DNA from: Glaucostegus cemiculus
Taxonomy: Eukaryota
DNA: 64,000 bases
Assembly: GCA_976551045.1 (NCBI GenBank)
Contig: CDPCPM010000026.1
Coordinates: 2,232,001-2,296,000, forward strand
Direction: 5' to 3'
The translations under genes and the position numbers were made by a program. The notes below the pieces were generated by a model. The model was given only the letters and a program-made list of their open reading frames with translations, was not told the origin of the DNA and made no database searches. The number at the start of each line of letters is the position of its first letter. Positions within the stretch are counted from its first letter, which is position 1. Below, one piece after another: positions 25,090-38,520 of this stretch.

Positions 25090-26100
25090 GCAATGACTGG
25101 CCACAAATGGTGAGTCAAGGATGTTGGGGTAGGAGGCAAAGGTGTGCCCATGTCAGGAGAGCCTGTTCCCACATTGTTTTCAGAGACAACATATCTAAAC
25201 TGATACACAATATTTTTGCAGGCTCAGATCTTCTCTTCCCTTCATGGAGTTTAAGTATTTTTACTCTCAACTCCCTTTCCAAGTAGCTGGAAAGCTTCAG
25301 CTACTTTCAGTCATGTCTCCTAATTTGCTGCTCGCTGCAGCTTCAAAGACCTCATTCAGGTACTGTGTTCATGTGAAGATCAGTTCATCAATTTCAATGG
25401 AGGAACAGCTGGAATATTGGGCAGTGGGATTTGGCACCACTGCTGTTTACCTCAACAAATGTGGACATATTCATATACACATTGTGGCTCACTTCAATAA
25501 ACTGCATCTTTTCCTCAACTGGAATGCTTTTCACTCCCAGAACGTTCAAGTCATTATGTATCATCAGAAGATTTTTTTATCGTCAATACAACATAGGCAG
25601 AAAATATATGTGATGCCTTTATACTGTGGGGATCAACCTGCCTGTTGTTTTCAACAGCCGACACTGCCCGAGCACTAGATCCTGCAGGGACAAAGCCCAC
25701 TCACTATTTCCCTTGCTTAAAATGCCTATTCAGAGCTGCAGCTGAATACCAGGCAAGAAACAGCATAATTGAGGAAAATGCAATAGGTCATTTGAAAATA
25801 CAATTGCTGTGCCTGCATCAGTCTGGGGGCACCCTCTGTTATATTCCCAGTAGATGTGGCGACTTTGTTGTCATGTGTTGTATGCTGCACAACCTTGCTA
25901 TCCAGAGACAGCGGCTGGTACCAGAGGAAGAGCAGCAAGTAGACCCATAGTCTGAAGGACATGAGGCACAGGCTGAAGAACAGCAGGAGCACGTGGTCCA
26001 GGAGGACGAGAACAGCAACCAGGCAGAAATGCCAGCAGAACACCACCAGCTTCGACTCCCAGCAGAGCAGAAAAATGAGCATTGACTGCCTGGGAAATAA
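25090..26100 (+). mobile_element. PIF/Harbinger transposase relic (HARBI1-like DDE)
   Basis: Fragments FLNWNAFHSQNVQVI (cf. NRKGFHSINVQ) and QARNSIIEENAIGHLKIQLLCLHQSGGTLCYIPSRCGDFVVMCCMLHNLA (cf. R..IE..IG.LK.RFRCL..SGG.L.Y.P....I..CC.LHN), followed by an acidic tail. Frameshifted. Confidence 0.85.
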
Positions 26101-26659
26101 GGGACCCCTCAAAAGAGATGCATTTCTCCTAAGTCGTTCGCAAATTGAGAGTGCACAATCCAGGCAAAGTGATCCTCTCTGCACTGGAATCATTAACACC
26201 AGCATATTTCCACACATCCTGTGACTTTGTGTGCCTCATGGTGCTATACTCTAAGGTGTTGCTGTGGGATGTCAGGTACAATGACTCACTCTTCATCATG
26301 ATCAACATTCTGCTCCTCCTCTCCCTTTAAAGTCCCTTTCTGTTCCTCCTGATGCATGTGATCTGTTGGGGTGGTTTCCCTCGTAAAGGCAAAACAGAAG
26401 GTAATTGCCTTTGTGAGCTGTGATCAATCCAACTTTCCAGTGATGCTGCAGTTTAGATGGAAGTGATGCTGTTTACTGTATATCCAGTTACAGTGGTTGT
26501 GGTAACCACAATGAAACATTGCAAGTAAGCATACCTGGAGGACGACAGAAAGCACTTGTTCCAGACAGGTGTCTGTGTGTGAGTGTGTCTGTGTGTTGCG
26601 GAGTGGGGAGAACAGCAAGTAACAGCAATCTTAATATTACTGAAGAGCTCATCTAGACA

Positions 26660-26871
26660 TACCTTGTTACATCATAAAATATTTCAACATTCTCACTCCC
26701 AGACAATGCCACTGCAGTCACTGTCTCCCAGACTGTAATTACAGTGGTTCTGGCAAGTCTCTTTGGCATCCCTTACTACTGTCTCCCCACACTCAGTGCC
26801 TCCCTCCTGGCATTTATTTCACTCATCAGAACTTCAATGCCTATTGTTGAAAATCTGGGAGCGTTCTTCAT
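26660..26871 (-). mobile_element. Harbinger Myb/SANT-like accessory gene relic
   Basis: From an ATG at 26871 the minus strand reads MKNAPRFSTIGIEVLMSEINARREAL..**..TVWETVT, matching the APRFS..LEVL..E...R...L...W signature of Harbinger ORF2. Confidence 0.7.
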
Positions 26872-27639
26872 CCTTCCTGCAACCAATCTCCCATCAATGT
26901 CAAACAAATTGTGTGTTGTTGCTATCTGGCTGCCATGGGGAGTGTGCACAACAAATTATTTACAGCTGTGTTAAATTGGTTGAGACATTCTATTAGAAAC
27001 CACAAGCTCCTGTTTTAGTACAAGATTCTGTGTACAAAATGTTACAATGCTTTTACGAATTTTTGCGGAGAAACTGAATGAGTGGTCACCCTGCATCCAG
27101 CACGTGTTCATGGCACCAAGAAAGAGTGAAAGTCCGATTTCTAGGCAGGGAAATGGCCTGCTCTCATCAGAAGAAAAATATGTTTTTCATTCATGGCTCT
27201 GGATTCCACTTAAAACTCCACAAATGATCAAGAAGTGTTGTAACCACCCTGGCATCTGTTGAATTTGCACTGATGCTACCTCCACTTATAAGCTTTAGAC
27301 ACTACAAAGTATGGGTTAAAAAACCTCATGTTTATACACAGAGCTTAATATTTTAAATTAAATGTTTATTCTGGTTGCTGACCATCCAACTCCATTCAAA
27401 ACAATATGTATGTAAAAATGAGGAGCACAATTTCACTTTGTTTCTGATACCCGCACACCTCTTATCTACAGCCAGGTGCAGTAATCTGTTTGGCTGCTGT
27501 GACTTGTTTGGCTATATACCTGGATTTAACAGCCCTCTTTCACGTTGCACGTTATGAAATGGGACTTCCAAATTTTAAGCCCTGAAGGAAATTTTGTTGC
27601 CCACATAACTCCATTTGTGCCATTGATAACAATTTCTGT

Positions 27640-28790
27640 TCACTTCGCTTGCACCCATACCTGCTGCCCTCCTTTGAACTATTCATTGTAAATTGCCAAA
27701 GGGACATTGATCACCTTGATTTCTCTACTTCCCTCACCCACTCAAACATACCCTTTTCTGATTGTGCAACACTCCACTCGCTGCAAACCAGTATAGATTT
27801 TGTTATCAAATCCACAGATAAGGGTGGTGATATGGTCTGGTGAACCGACCTTTCCCTTGCAGAGGCCAAACATCAGCTCCCAGACAGAGCCTCAGATCTC
27901 CCTCTGGACCATGAGCCCACCAACCAACTTCAGGCTATTGTCTGCCCTACTGATACAGATCTTCCCTCTAAATTGGCAGTGCCCTAATCCTGCACTGCCT
28001 GTTTCTACCTCCTGGCTGAGATCCACAAACAGGACTGTTGCAGTAGACCTGTTGTTTCAGTTTGCTCATTTCCTATCAAACTTATATCTTCCTCCCTTGA
28101 TTCAAACCTGTCCCCTCTGGTTCAGTCCCTTCTCACATCCATCCATGACACTTATGATGCCCTCTGCCAGTCTGAGAGTTTCCGATCCCCTGGTCCTAAC
28201 CAGCTTATCTTCATTATGGGCATTCAATCACTTAATACCTCCATCCCACATCAGGAAGGACTGATGACCCTCCATTTCTCTGTTGAATGGAGGCCCAAAC
28301 AGCTCCCCTCCACCAACACGCACACTTACTTGGCAGAACTTGTCCTTGTGCTCAGCAACATCTCCTCCAATTCCACTCTCTTTCTCCAGATTAAGGTTGT
28401 AGTTACGGGAACTTGTATGATTTTGTCTTTTTGTTCCAGGTTTATTTGGACCAACTCTTCGATACATTGATGACTGCATCCTAAACCCATACACATCTCA
28501 AATTTCATCACTTTCGCTGCTAGTTTCCACCTTTCTCTCACAACCACATGGTCCATCTCTGACATTTCCATTTATGGATCTCTTTATTTCCATTACAGAA
28601 CATAGACTAGCCACTAACATCTTTTAGAAGCCCATCGAATCCCACAGCTAACTTGACTTTACTTCCTCTTACCCAGCCTCCTGTAGGGACACCATTCCTT
28701 TTTCCTAGTTTCTTTGTCTCCAACATAATTGATGAGGCCTTGCACTCTGGTGCTTCTCAGATACCCTCCTTCATCCAATACCTTCCAGAC
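27640..28790 (+). mobile_element. Degenerate Penelope-like element (RT)
   Basis: PLE RT motifs VIKSTDKGG, MGIQSLNTSIPHQEGL, LAELVLVLSN...FLQIKVVVTGT and RYIDDC. Confidence 0.82.
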
Positions 28791-29729
28791 ACTGACAAAA
28801 CATTTGTGCAAGACCAGAGAATGGTGTCAATGAGTAGTGCTTAAAAGACAGAGATAAGTGTTCTGGAAGACAAGTAGATACAAGAAATGTTGCGTAAGAG
28901 GAGACTAATTAGGGTAGGCTGAGCTGGCTAGACTAATTTGCACTTCAGGATGCAGATAAATGTGTCACTGACCTCACCTCTCCTGATCTGTTAAGATAAA
29001 TAAGCTGTTTGTGCCGTTAATTCCAGGAATGGAGGACCATGCTCATTGCTCACTTCCGTAGCAAGTTCCAAGCATGACTTCCTTTAAGGTATGTTTTCCA
29101 GCAGGGATTATCATATCCTTGCAACTTTCAGCATTGCATCCAGTTAGAAGTTACTGAATCTAGAGATAGCCTTGGCTCCATATTCTCTATACCTTCAGTT
29201 GTGCAGCTAATTTCAGAATGGTGTGCTTATACATTTTAACTAGTGGGGAAAAAATTGCACATCATCATCATGAGTTATAATTGATTGACAAACCCAGAAA
29301 TAATTTGTAGTGAGTTAAAAAGCTACTAATAAGTCCACTGCTGAATCTTTCAGGTTCCCGTGCTACCAATCCCCTTGCTTCTAGTGAACTTGCAAATTAA
29401 AATTCAGGTCCATGGCTGAAAAAGAAGAATGTCCATCAACTTACATCCAGGTACACAAATACGACTAGGCTGCTCAAGTGTGCCACTAGGGATATTCTGT
29501 GTCTCCAAGCAGGTAGGCAGTAATTCTGCTCAGAAGTATGAAAACATCTGCTAGGGTGGACTGCTGCAGAATGAAGGCATTATGGGAATCTTGCATAGGT
29601 ATGCAGAAAAATCTTCTTGTGGTTGCAGACACAAAATCTGGAACTTAATTCAGTTTTGTCAAATTAACTTTCTTTATTTCTATGGATATGAAAATCCCTG
29701 TGCCTTCACTATGGAAGAAATTAGTCTAT

Positions 29730-30200
29730 TAGATATTGGAGCAGAATTAGGCCATTTGGCTGTCAAGTCTGCTCCACCATTCAATCATGGCTGATTTCTA
29801 TTTTCCACCCCACTCTCCCCGCCTTCTCCTCATAACCCCTAACCCCCTTACCAATTAAGTACCTAGCAATATCTGCCTTAAATATACCAAATGATTTAGC
29901 CTCCACAGCCCTCTGTGGCAACAAATTCCACAGATTCCCCACCCTCTGGCTGAAGAAATTCCTCCTCATCTCAGTTATAAAGAGACATCTCCTTATTCTG
30001 AGGCTGTGCCCTTGGATCCAAGACTCTCCAATTAATGGAAACATCCTTTTCACATTCACTCTATTTAGGCCTTTCAGTGTCTGGTATGTTTCAATGAGAT
30101 CCTCCCTTGTTCCTCCAAACTCCATTGAGTACAAGCCCAGAAATGTTAAACATTCCTCAAATGTTAAGCCTTTCATTCCTGGGATCATTCTTGTGAAATG
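29730..30200 (-). mobile_element. CR1 LINE 3' end
   Basis: ORF 29781-30188 reads MIPGMKGLTFEE..GL...GHSLRIR...MRRNFFSQRVGNLWN.LP, the CR1 ORF2 C-terminus. Confidence 0.88.
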
Positions 30201-30599
30201 TTACCTTTGATTTTGATAACAAAAGGTTATCTCATCAAATGTCACGTGCAATGTTACATGTCTAGTCTTGACACAGTATTTCAATTATCTGCAGTTTCTA
30301 GTTTCTCCAATTCTCTGTAATATTGTCCAAAACTAAATATGTTAAATAGTGACATTGGTGTTTATTGTATTTATGCATTATTTAATTAGCTTTATTGACA
30401 AATTTTCAAGTATTTGCCTGGCTTGGTTGTTGGTAACTTGTTTATTTATTCATTTACATAGTTAATATGGTTCTGTTTACTGATATGTTATTAATGTGAA
30501 ATATACTACCTTTGAACTTATTCTGTCTAAAGAAACAGAATACAGTAATTTAAAATAAATCAAACATTTATAATGGTCATTTTTGGAATTTCCTTTATT

Positions 30600-31745
30600 A
30601 CAAGAACATAAGAAGTAGGAGCAGAGGTAGGTTGGTTGATACCTTGATCCAGCTTCACCATTTGATACGTTCTTTCTTATCATCTTAATTGTGCAATCCC
30701 TTGTTCTTAAACTATGTCCCCTAATGGTAGATACTTAGAGAAACATCCTCTCAGAATGGTGTATGTTTCAATATGATAACTCCTGATTCTTCTGTACCCC
30801 AATGAATATAGGTCCAGCCCTTTGAACCTTTCTTCACAGATCAGCCACTTCATTCCAGGATTCAAACTTGTGAATCTTCTCTGTGCTGTTTCAGAGACCA
30901 GATTGTATACAGTATTCCAGGTGTGGTTTCATCATCATCAAATCTCCCCTACTTTTATACACCATACCCCTTGCAATAAAGACCGACATTCCATTATCAT
31001 TCTTGACTACCTGCTTACTACCTTTTTGTGTTTTGTGATACTCAATCTTACTGTGTACTAACATTTTGTAGTCTCACATTATTTAAATACACAGTAAAAC
31101 TCTGATGTTGGCATTTGATTGTTTGGAATGCTGATGGTTCAGCATGTGAGCTGGGGATCTAGAGTACAATTGAGGTGTGTGGCCAGAGCTGGGGTATGGA
31201 CTGCCTCTGGGGCCAGGATTGGGATCCAGAACACCAGGGAGTCAGGAACAGGAGTAGTTTGCAGCCAGATCTATGGTCTGTAGTGCTCCTTTACTTACTG
31301 GACACATTGGAGAATTTATTATAATACTGTGTATCATATGAAAAAGAGAAATAAAAGTGTGTTTGGATATTAATGGGAGTGATCTCTGATAAACCAAAAA
31401 ACCTGCTAGTTTGGCACAAAGTCCCAAGGATGATAGATTATTGGAATTTTACTGTGAAATGTTTTTATATTTCTCCTTTCCAAAGTAGATAACTCTCACA
31501 TTTTCCCACATTATACTCCATCCACCAACTACTTACCCACTGTCTGAACTCATCTATATCCTTCTGTGTCTTCAGGCTCTTTGTGTCATCCTCTCAACTT
31601 GCTAATCACCAATTTTTGTATCATCATCAAATTGTCTGCAGTATTTTCAGTCTCTTCCGCTTGATCATCAATATAGATTATAAGTAATTGAGGTGCTAGC
31701 ACTGAACCCTGTGGCATCGCAATTACTGATTGCCAATGTGACAAT
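30600..31745 (-). mobile_element. Old CR1 LINE fragments, interrupted
   Basis: aagaacataagaagtaggagcag 3' end and further CR1-like RT-region sequence at 31470-31745. Confidence 0.6.
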
Positions 31746-31754
31746 GATCCATTT

Positions 31755-32945
31755 ATCAAGATTCAAGACTCACTTTATTGTCATTTCTTTGAGTATTTAC
31801 ATGCACAGAAAAACGAAATACTGTTTCTCGCCAGTTCATGTCAGTGCACAAAAGTACAGTGGTAAATATCTAAAATAGTCTAAAAACATCTCTAAAAACA
31901 AAACTAACACATAACAACACCACATATTCATATCTGTTTAAAGTGTGTCTATGTATTAATAAGTGCTTATACAGTTCGAGATGAAGTTCAACTTATCATG
32001 TAACTAACTATCAAACTGTTTCTGTATTTATGTGAGTATATACATGTGTGGAGGGAGAGCTTGTCAGTGGAAGTGGAAGGGGACACATTCCATTTATGAT
32101 CCTGACCGCTTGTGGGAAAAAGCTGTTCAGCATCCTACTAGATCTAGAACAGATGCTCCTATACCTCTTCCCCAGTGGCAGAAGGGAAAACAGGTTGTGA
32201 GAAGGGTGATGAAAATCCTTAATGGCCATAGCTCTGCGAACACAGTGTTGTTGATAGATCTCTCTCAAAAAGGGGAGAGGGGCACCGATGATCCTGCTGG
32301 CTGTCTTCACCATCCTATTGAGCTGCTGTTGTTTGTAAGCCTTGCAGCTGCCAAACCAGGAGGTGAGACTGTAGGTCAGGATACTTTCAATGGTGCCCCT
32401 GTAAAAAGTGATGAGGTGTGGAGTAGGGAGGCCTGCCTTTCTGAGTCTCCGGAGGGGGTAAAGCCACTGCTGGGCTTTTTTAACAGTGGCTGCAGTGTTA
32501 ATAGTGGAGGTCAGATCATCCGCTAGGTGAACCCCCAGGAACTTAATGTTGCTGACCCTCTCCACAGCAACACCATCAATAGTCAGCAGTGTATGATCGT
32601 GCTTGCCAGCCCTCCTAAAGTCAATCACCATCTCCTTTGTTTTGTCCACATTGAGGGCGAGATTGTGAAATCTACACCACGCTGTTAGCTGTTCCACCTC
32701 CATCCTATATGCAGACTCATCATTGTCACTGACGAGACCCACCACTGTTGTGTCATCAGCGAACTTAATGATGTAGCTGGTACTGAATCTGGCAATGCAG
32801 TCATGTGTGAGCAGGCTAAATAGCAAAGGGCTCAGGACGCAGCCTTGCGGTGAGTCTGTGCTCACTGAGATGGTTCCTGATGTGTGATTACCAACTCTAA
32901 CTATCTGCTGCCACTGCATCAGGAAATTGAGGACCCAATTGCAAA
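31755..32945 (-). mobile_element. Rex1/Babar-clade non-LTR retrotransposon, 5'-truncated; 302-aa RT ORF at 32011-32919
   Basis: Motifs PQGCVLSPLLFSLLTHDC, KFADDTTVVGL, LNVDKTKEMVIDFR, KFLGV and FYRGTIESILT, plus a 3' tail caataaagtgagtcttgaatcttga. Confidence 0.92.
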
Positions 32946-35749
32946 TGTCAGTGACTCTATTTTCTGTTAGTTCACCACTCCTCCGCCTCTGCCAATATAT
33001 TACCCCTCAAACCTGCGCAATTTTATTTAGTGTGAAAACCTATTAAAGGCACCTTATTAAATGCTTTCTTGAAAGTATGTTTACTGGAAAGCACTGTTCA
33101 TGGTTTTTTATGTTGGAGGAGAAACAAGACAGAACTTCTACTCTGCTGTGACCTGATCTATATTCTTGGATTGGGAATGATTCATCTGGTATGCAAACAG
33201 GCTTCCAAGGGGATCATGATCATCACCCAAAGCCTATTACTGCTTTGCTACAATGGTTAGCATCAAAATCAGGAGATAATAGTCTAAAAACCTAGAAGTT
33301 ATCCAAATGATCTGGTCCTACAATTTTTATTTTAGGTCTTAATTAGGTCTGAGATCATAATTGGGTTAGTGGTGGTGCCTTAAAGACAAGATACTCTCCT
33401 GCAGCCCTGTAGTCTACTGACACCTTTCTGCTGGTTGTGGCTGAGTCAGTGGCAGTAATAGTGGAAAGCAGAGAAATTTGGTTGGTCTCTATAGATAGAA
33501 TGGAAAATCTAATCTTGTTTGTCTGAAGCTCTGACAAGGTTTGGCTAAAGCACTAATAACGATTCCTTCTCAAGGCTACCAAAAAGCCTGCAGTTTCTCA
33601 CTGTCCAGAAGCTCTGCAAATGATCCCAAGAATCTTAGCATGAGTTTATCCCTTCAGCAAAGAAGGGGGTGAAAATAGTGTTTGGAAAGGAAATTTAATG
33701 GAATTAAGATATTAAACAAAATAATAATATGAAATAATAAACCAGAATTCCATATACAAGTATTAAATCTACTCTTGAAGTACTTCCAAGTGAATTCAAT
33801 GGGCTCATTCTTAACAACTACCTCAGTTGCAGAACTCATTATTGCCAATTACTATAGGCTGTTGTTGGGGATCAAGTACATGAAGACACCATATTACAAA
33901 GTTCTTATTGAATTAGTTCCAGATATTGTTCTTCTATTTTTCTGATGAAACAATGTAACTGTGGACCATTTTATGGAATGTATTTCTTTTGGCTGTAATC
34001 ACAAAATTGTCTCTCATTCTGCGTCAGATTTTTCTCATTGGATTCTATTCAGGCTAATATTGGCTTATCTAATTGAACTGTATTTGAAGGGCATTGCAAA
34101 TTAATGTGGATGTGAACTGCTTTAATGGAAAACTAAATGTTAGCAATATATGATATTGTCGTGCAATAATTACTAAATAAATATGTATGATTAGTATTGT
34201 AAAACATTCATTGATAATAATAAATGAATTTAAACAATATTTTACTTCCGACAGAGATCAATATCTGAATATTATTAAACTGTTCAAGGCAATTTTAATC
34301 AATGCAAGCATATTTTAAAGAAGATAATCTCCAAAGAAGGAATATTGTCTCAGCAGATCTAATCTTAATGTGATATATATTATATTTCTAATTCATACAA
34401 ACAGAAATACACCCACAAAAGCACTAAGCATTATGCATTAATAAAATAAATATTTATATATCTGTAAATCAGCCCAAGTTATGAAACCTGTCCTTCTGGT
34501 TACCTTGATTATACAAACACCTTGCTTGAAAGGAAAATTTATAGTTACACGTATCTTTTAATTTGTGTGAGATTTCTCAGGAGTTAAACCAGCCCAGGCT
34601 ACTTAATGCTTAGTGGATAAATACTTGCTACTGATTTAACTATCTAGTAGTTTGTAGGTAGTAAGTTATATCTAACTTATCTGCCACAATATTTATCCTA
34701 AATATAAAAAATAGCTCCATTGTACCAGCCTTCCTTATGTATTTTTTTCCCCTCCACTGGTAACTTCATACCATTTTGTGAACAATTTTATAGGGCAACT
34801 CTGATGAGTCTCTGCTCCAGACTCCCTTTGCCTATTGATGGACTGAAGCCCACTAGTGCTTAGTGTGGCTTCCTTTGATATCCTTCCCACTTGCCTGATC
34901 TACTTAACCCCTGCAGTGTTAGACTGAGGTACAAACTGGAGGAGACTGAGTAACATTTTCATTGTTGTCACTGTGGAGTTCTTGACTTTAGGAAGGTGGC
35001 AGTTGAGTTAAAATATGCACACATCCCTACAATGTCCTTGGCACAATAATTGTGGAGCTCTCTCCCCTCTGCATCGTTTCTCTCATCCCTTGTGGTCATT
35101 ATTATGTGTTGTTACAGTCTGGCTTCCATGGAAAGACTGTTTTTAGAGTTGATGTCTTATGATTGGTGTGCAGCAAAATATTTCCAGCTGTGTTAAATTG
35201 GGTGAGGTTTCACTGGGAACTGCATCAATCCTGTTTAAACCTGTGCTAGGCACCCTAATGTTATTTCAAAAGTTTTTTTGGACAATTATACATTATTGTG
35301 GGCATACTGAATTGGCAGTTATGCCATACACAACATATGTTTAGTGCACTAAAAATATGAGAAATCCAATTTTTAAGTGTGGATCTTTTCATTTGTGAAA
35401 CAAAATGAGACTCCCATTCCAAGGTGAGAGTACATTTAAACCAGGATTCCCAGACAGAAGAGTTGTATGTTAAACCTCTGTTTTACCATTGTGTTTTCTG
35501 GAAATGCTGGATCCAATAAATAGAGTATATTAATGGGAAAATGTGTAACCATTCAAGCTAATTGCCACAAACTGCAAAATGGGGCTAAAATGTTTTCTGT
35601 AATGATGTTGAAATAGATGGAATTGACTGACCCTAAGAGTCATAGTTGACTTGTATCTCAACGATACAATCATTAAAGCTAAAAGAATATTGCTCTAAAT
35701 AATTCAAACAATGGTTCAGTGGTCAGAGGAACATACAAACTGTACTGTA

Positions 35750-35980
35750 GGCATGGTATGGTAGCATTGTGCTTATGTCATTTGACCAGTAGTACAGAAA
35801 TTTTGACTTATCTATTGACGTGTACTCCCTCATGGTAGCTGAGAATGTGAAGTACAATTAATTAAATAAATCTGGTCTTAAGTTAGTAATCACAATGGTG
35901 ACTGTGAAACTACCAGATTGCTGCAAAAACTTAACTAGTTCACTAATATCCTTTAGAAAATGAAATCTGCTGCCCTCAGT
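35750..35980 (+). mobile_element. Elasmobranch SINE fragment
   Basis: aatggtgactgtgaaactaccagattg...gttcactaatatcctttag..gaaatctgc; same family as 17060-17260. Confidence 0.5.
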
Positions 35981-38179
35981 GGACAGTACTATTGTCATCT
36001 CGAACTCTCAACTGACTGACCTTGAAATTCTTTCACACAATTTCAAAGAAAAAATTGGTACTACACTGTTGAAAATTGGCACAATACAAGTGGAGCAACT
36101 TTGCACACATTCTGGGTTGCTTGCTTTCTGGGAAATTCAACTACTGACTTTTTGGTGGATTTGTTGTTGCCTTTGCACCTCATGGTGTAAAACTTACTCA
36201 GTTAATGTCAACAGTAGTTCAACCTACAAAATTCATCTGTAGTTAAATTTTCAGACTCACTGGTCCGGGAAACAATAGTTCTTGTTTATTCAAAGAATTG
36301 CTGGGTTTTGCTAATCACACTTCTACTGAAAACAAAGTTACGTAAAGAGTCAACAGGTCAGCTGTATTTTTTGTCTTCACTACAGTCTGTAACCTACTGC
36401 AACCTCAGTACAGCTTCATATGTTTGCCCTTACTACTTAGCCTGCGGGGAATCAGGATCCATGGTCACCCTCGGCTTACTAACCTCAGGATCATTCCAAC
36501 CTGCTGCTGATTTCTGCTACATCTCAATTTGTTGCTCACTGCTGTATTATGGAAGTACCCAATCTCCATATTTACGGAGGAGAGACTTAATCTACTTATC
36601 CTTCGATCCACAGGAGCAGGTACTGGTAATTTGCCTGTACTGCAGACTGCTCCAAAATGCAGGCATTCATTGACTGCACTCATGTCCCTCTGTAGACTGT
36701 CTCCATCCCCAGCAACCTGCTGTCTGGAGAACATACTTATGGCCCTGCTGGCTCTCCAAGACTCCCCTAAAGCATGCCCATGTACCCCTGAATGCTTAGG
36801 AGCACTCTCTCTTCCTTTCTTTCATCAATGCAGCATCCAGTCATTAAGGAGCAACTCTCACCAGTGGCCAGTAGAGTGCAGCTTGTATTCTGACATACCC
36901 CTTTATGAGCTGGTTGCAAAGATCACACCCACTGAGCCATTTACGGAGAGCTATGGAAACTTGCATTGCATCAATAGGTAATGCTGTGCTGAAACCAACA
37001 ATATCAGTTCCAGCTTGGTGTTACACAGGGAAACTTGACAACACTGTTTGGTGAACTCTATTATCAAAGTTCTTGTTGCTTCTGCATTTTTTGCAAACAA
37101 CTTGAGGGTGACCCTCAGCACTGTGTTAACATAATTAAAAGATGGCAATGCAATTTCTAGCTCCCTGACTCTTGTATTGGAGGAGGTGTTTAGAAATAAA
37201 GGTGTGAGATATGAGGAAAGACCATAGAATTCTGGGATTTTCAGTCTTGAAATAAATATCTGGGAAGAGATGCCATTGCGCATATAAGCACTGCACAGAG
37301 TGAGAACAGAAAATTTCTCAAATTGAGGAATTATGACTGAATTCAAAGGAGATAGTTGGGGACTAGAAGGTTCAAAAATCAAAAGACAGATTTATTGAAT
37401 AATATCAGGAAGATTTTATTAATGCACAAAGTAATTAAACATCTGTAATGAGAAAACCGAGCCACCTTTTTAAAACCTGGAATCACTCCAGGTTTTACTT
37501 TACAATAATTCTAGATGGATGAACTGAGAAAACAATTTCTTTTTGATCCTGCAGTATATTGGAAGTAGTGGATTACTGGAGTCACTGTGTGGTAGTTATC
37601 TAGTGGTACACTCCATATAACAGTTAGATGGACCAAGGCCATAGGTCAAATTGTTAATAATTATTGTCTGCAACTTGAGTTTAGATTACTGTTTTCATGT
37701 CACTTTGGGTCATGCAAATTTTAATGTATTATCATAGTATGGATTGATTTTATTTAATGTTACCTGTTTTAGAACATGATTGCAGTTATCAGATTACTAA
37801 GTATCATTGATGGACAATCATATTCATCTCATGGATTTAATAATGATTTCACAATCAATGTAAGTTTATATAAAAAGTAAAATATATGAAATAAAACAGA
37901 AAATGCTAGATGAGGCAGTATCTGTGGAAAGGGAAAGAGAGTTTGTTATTGGAGAGTTTTGCTGCCATTATATAGTGTTCAACAAATAATGGAAGTCTAG
38001 AGGAATTTCCAGCCAATAATCTCACCAAGGCATTCTGGCAGCAATTTTAACCACAATGTTTCAAATAGGTGGCTTACCTCTTCTTTCTCAAAGCAATTAA
38101 GATTTTGGCAGTAAATGAACAAAAAAAAAGTAACCTGGATTAGTGAAGCGTGAATACTTGTGAAGCCTGAGATAAGATG

Positions 38180-38520
38180 GACAGCACAGTAACACAACAG
38201 GTAGGACCACTGCTTAACAGCTCCAACAACCCAGGTTCAAACCTGCTTTTGTCTATGTGAACGTTGTATATTCTCTCTATGACCATGTGGTTTTTCCACA
38301 GGGGCTCGAGTTTCCTCTCACAACACAAAGACATGCTAGTTGGTAGGTTAACTGGTTAGTGTATGTTACCCCCAGTGTACCTTGGTGAAAAAAAATATCA
38401 AGGTGGAGTTGATGGACACGTAAAGGAGAATGGATTGCAAGGAAATAAGCGGGCAAATAGGATTATTGAGATTGCTCTAGAGCTGGCACAACCTCAGAGG
38501 GCTGAGTGGCCTCCTACACT
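38180..38520 (+). mobile_element. V-SINE (HE1-like tRNA-derived SINE)
   Basis: tRNA-like head with B-box ggttcaaac, V-domain-like tgtctatgtgaacgttgtatattctctctatgaccatgtggtttttcc..gtttcctctcac..caaagac, and a CR1-like tail gggctgagtggcctcct. Confidence 0.75.

Noticed and set aside
31145-31270. GAGCTGGGG motifs resembling immunoglobulin switch repeats
   Set aside because: Only two copies in a short G-rich patch, with no Ig gene context.
32032-32526. 164-aa plus-strand ORF
   Set aside because: Antisense shadow of the Rex1/Babar RT.
37471-37497. 11-bp perfect hairpin taaaacctgga-atcac-tccaggtttta
   Set aside because: Isolated and within chance expectation for 64 kb of AT-rich DNA; no supporting context.
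38180-38260. tRNA gene
   Set aside because: A degenerate tRNA-derived SINE head followed by a V domain, not a cloverleaf tRNA.
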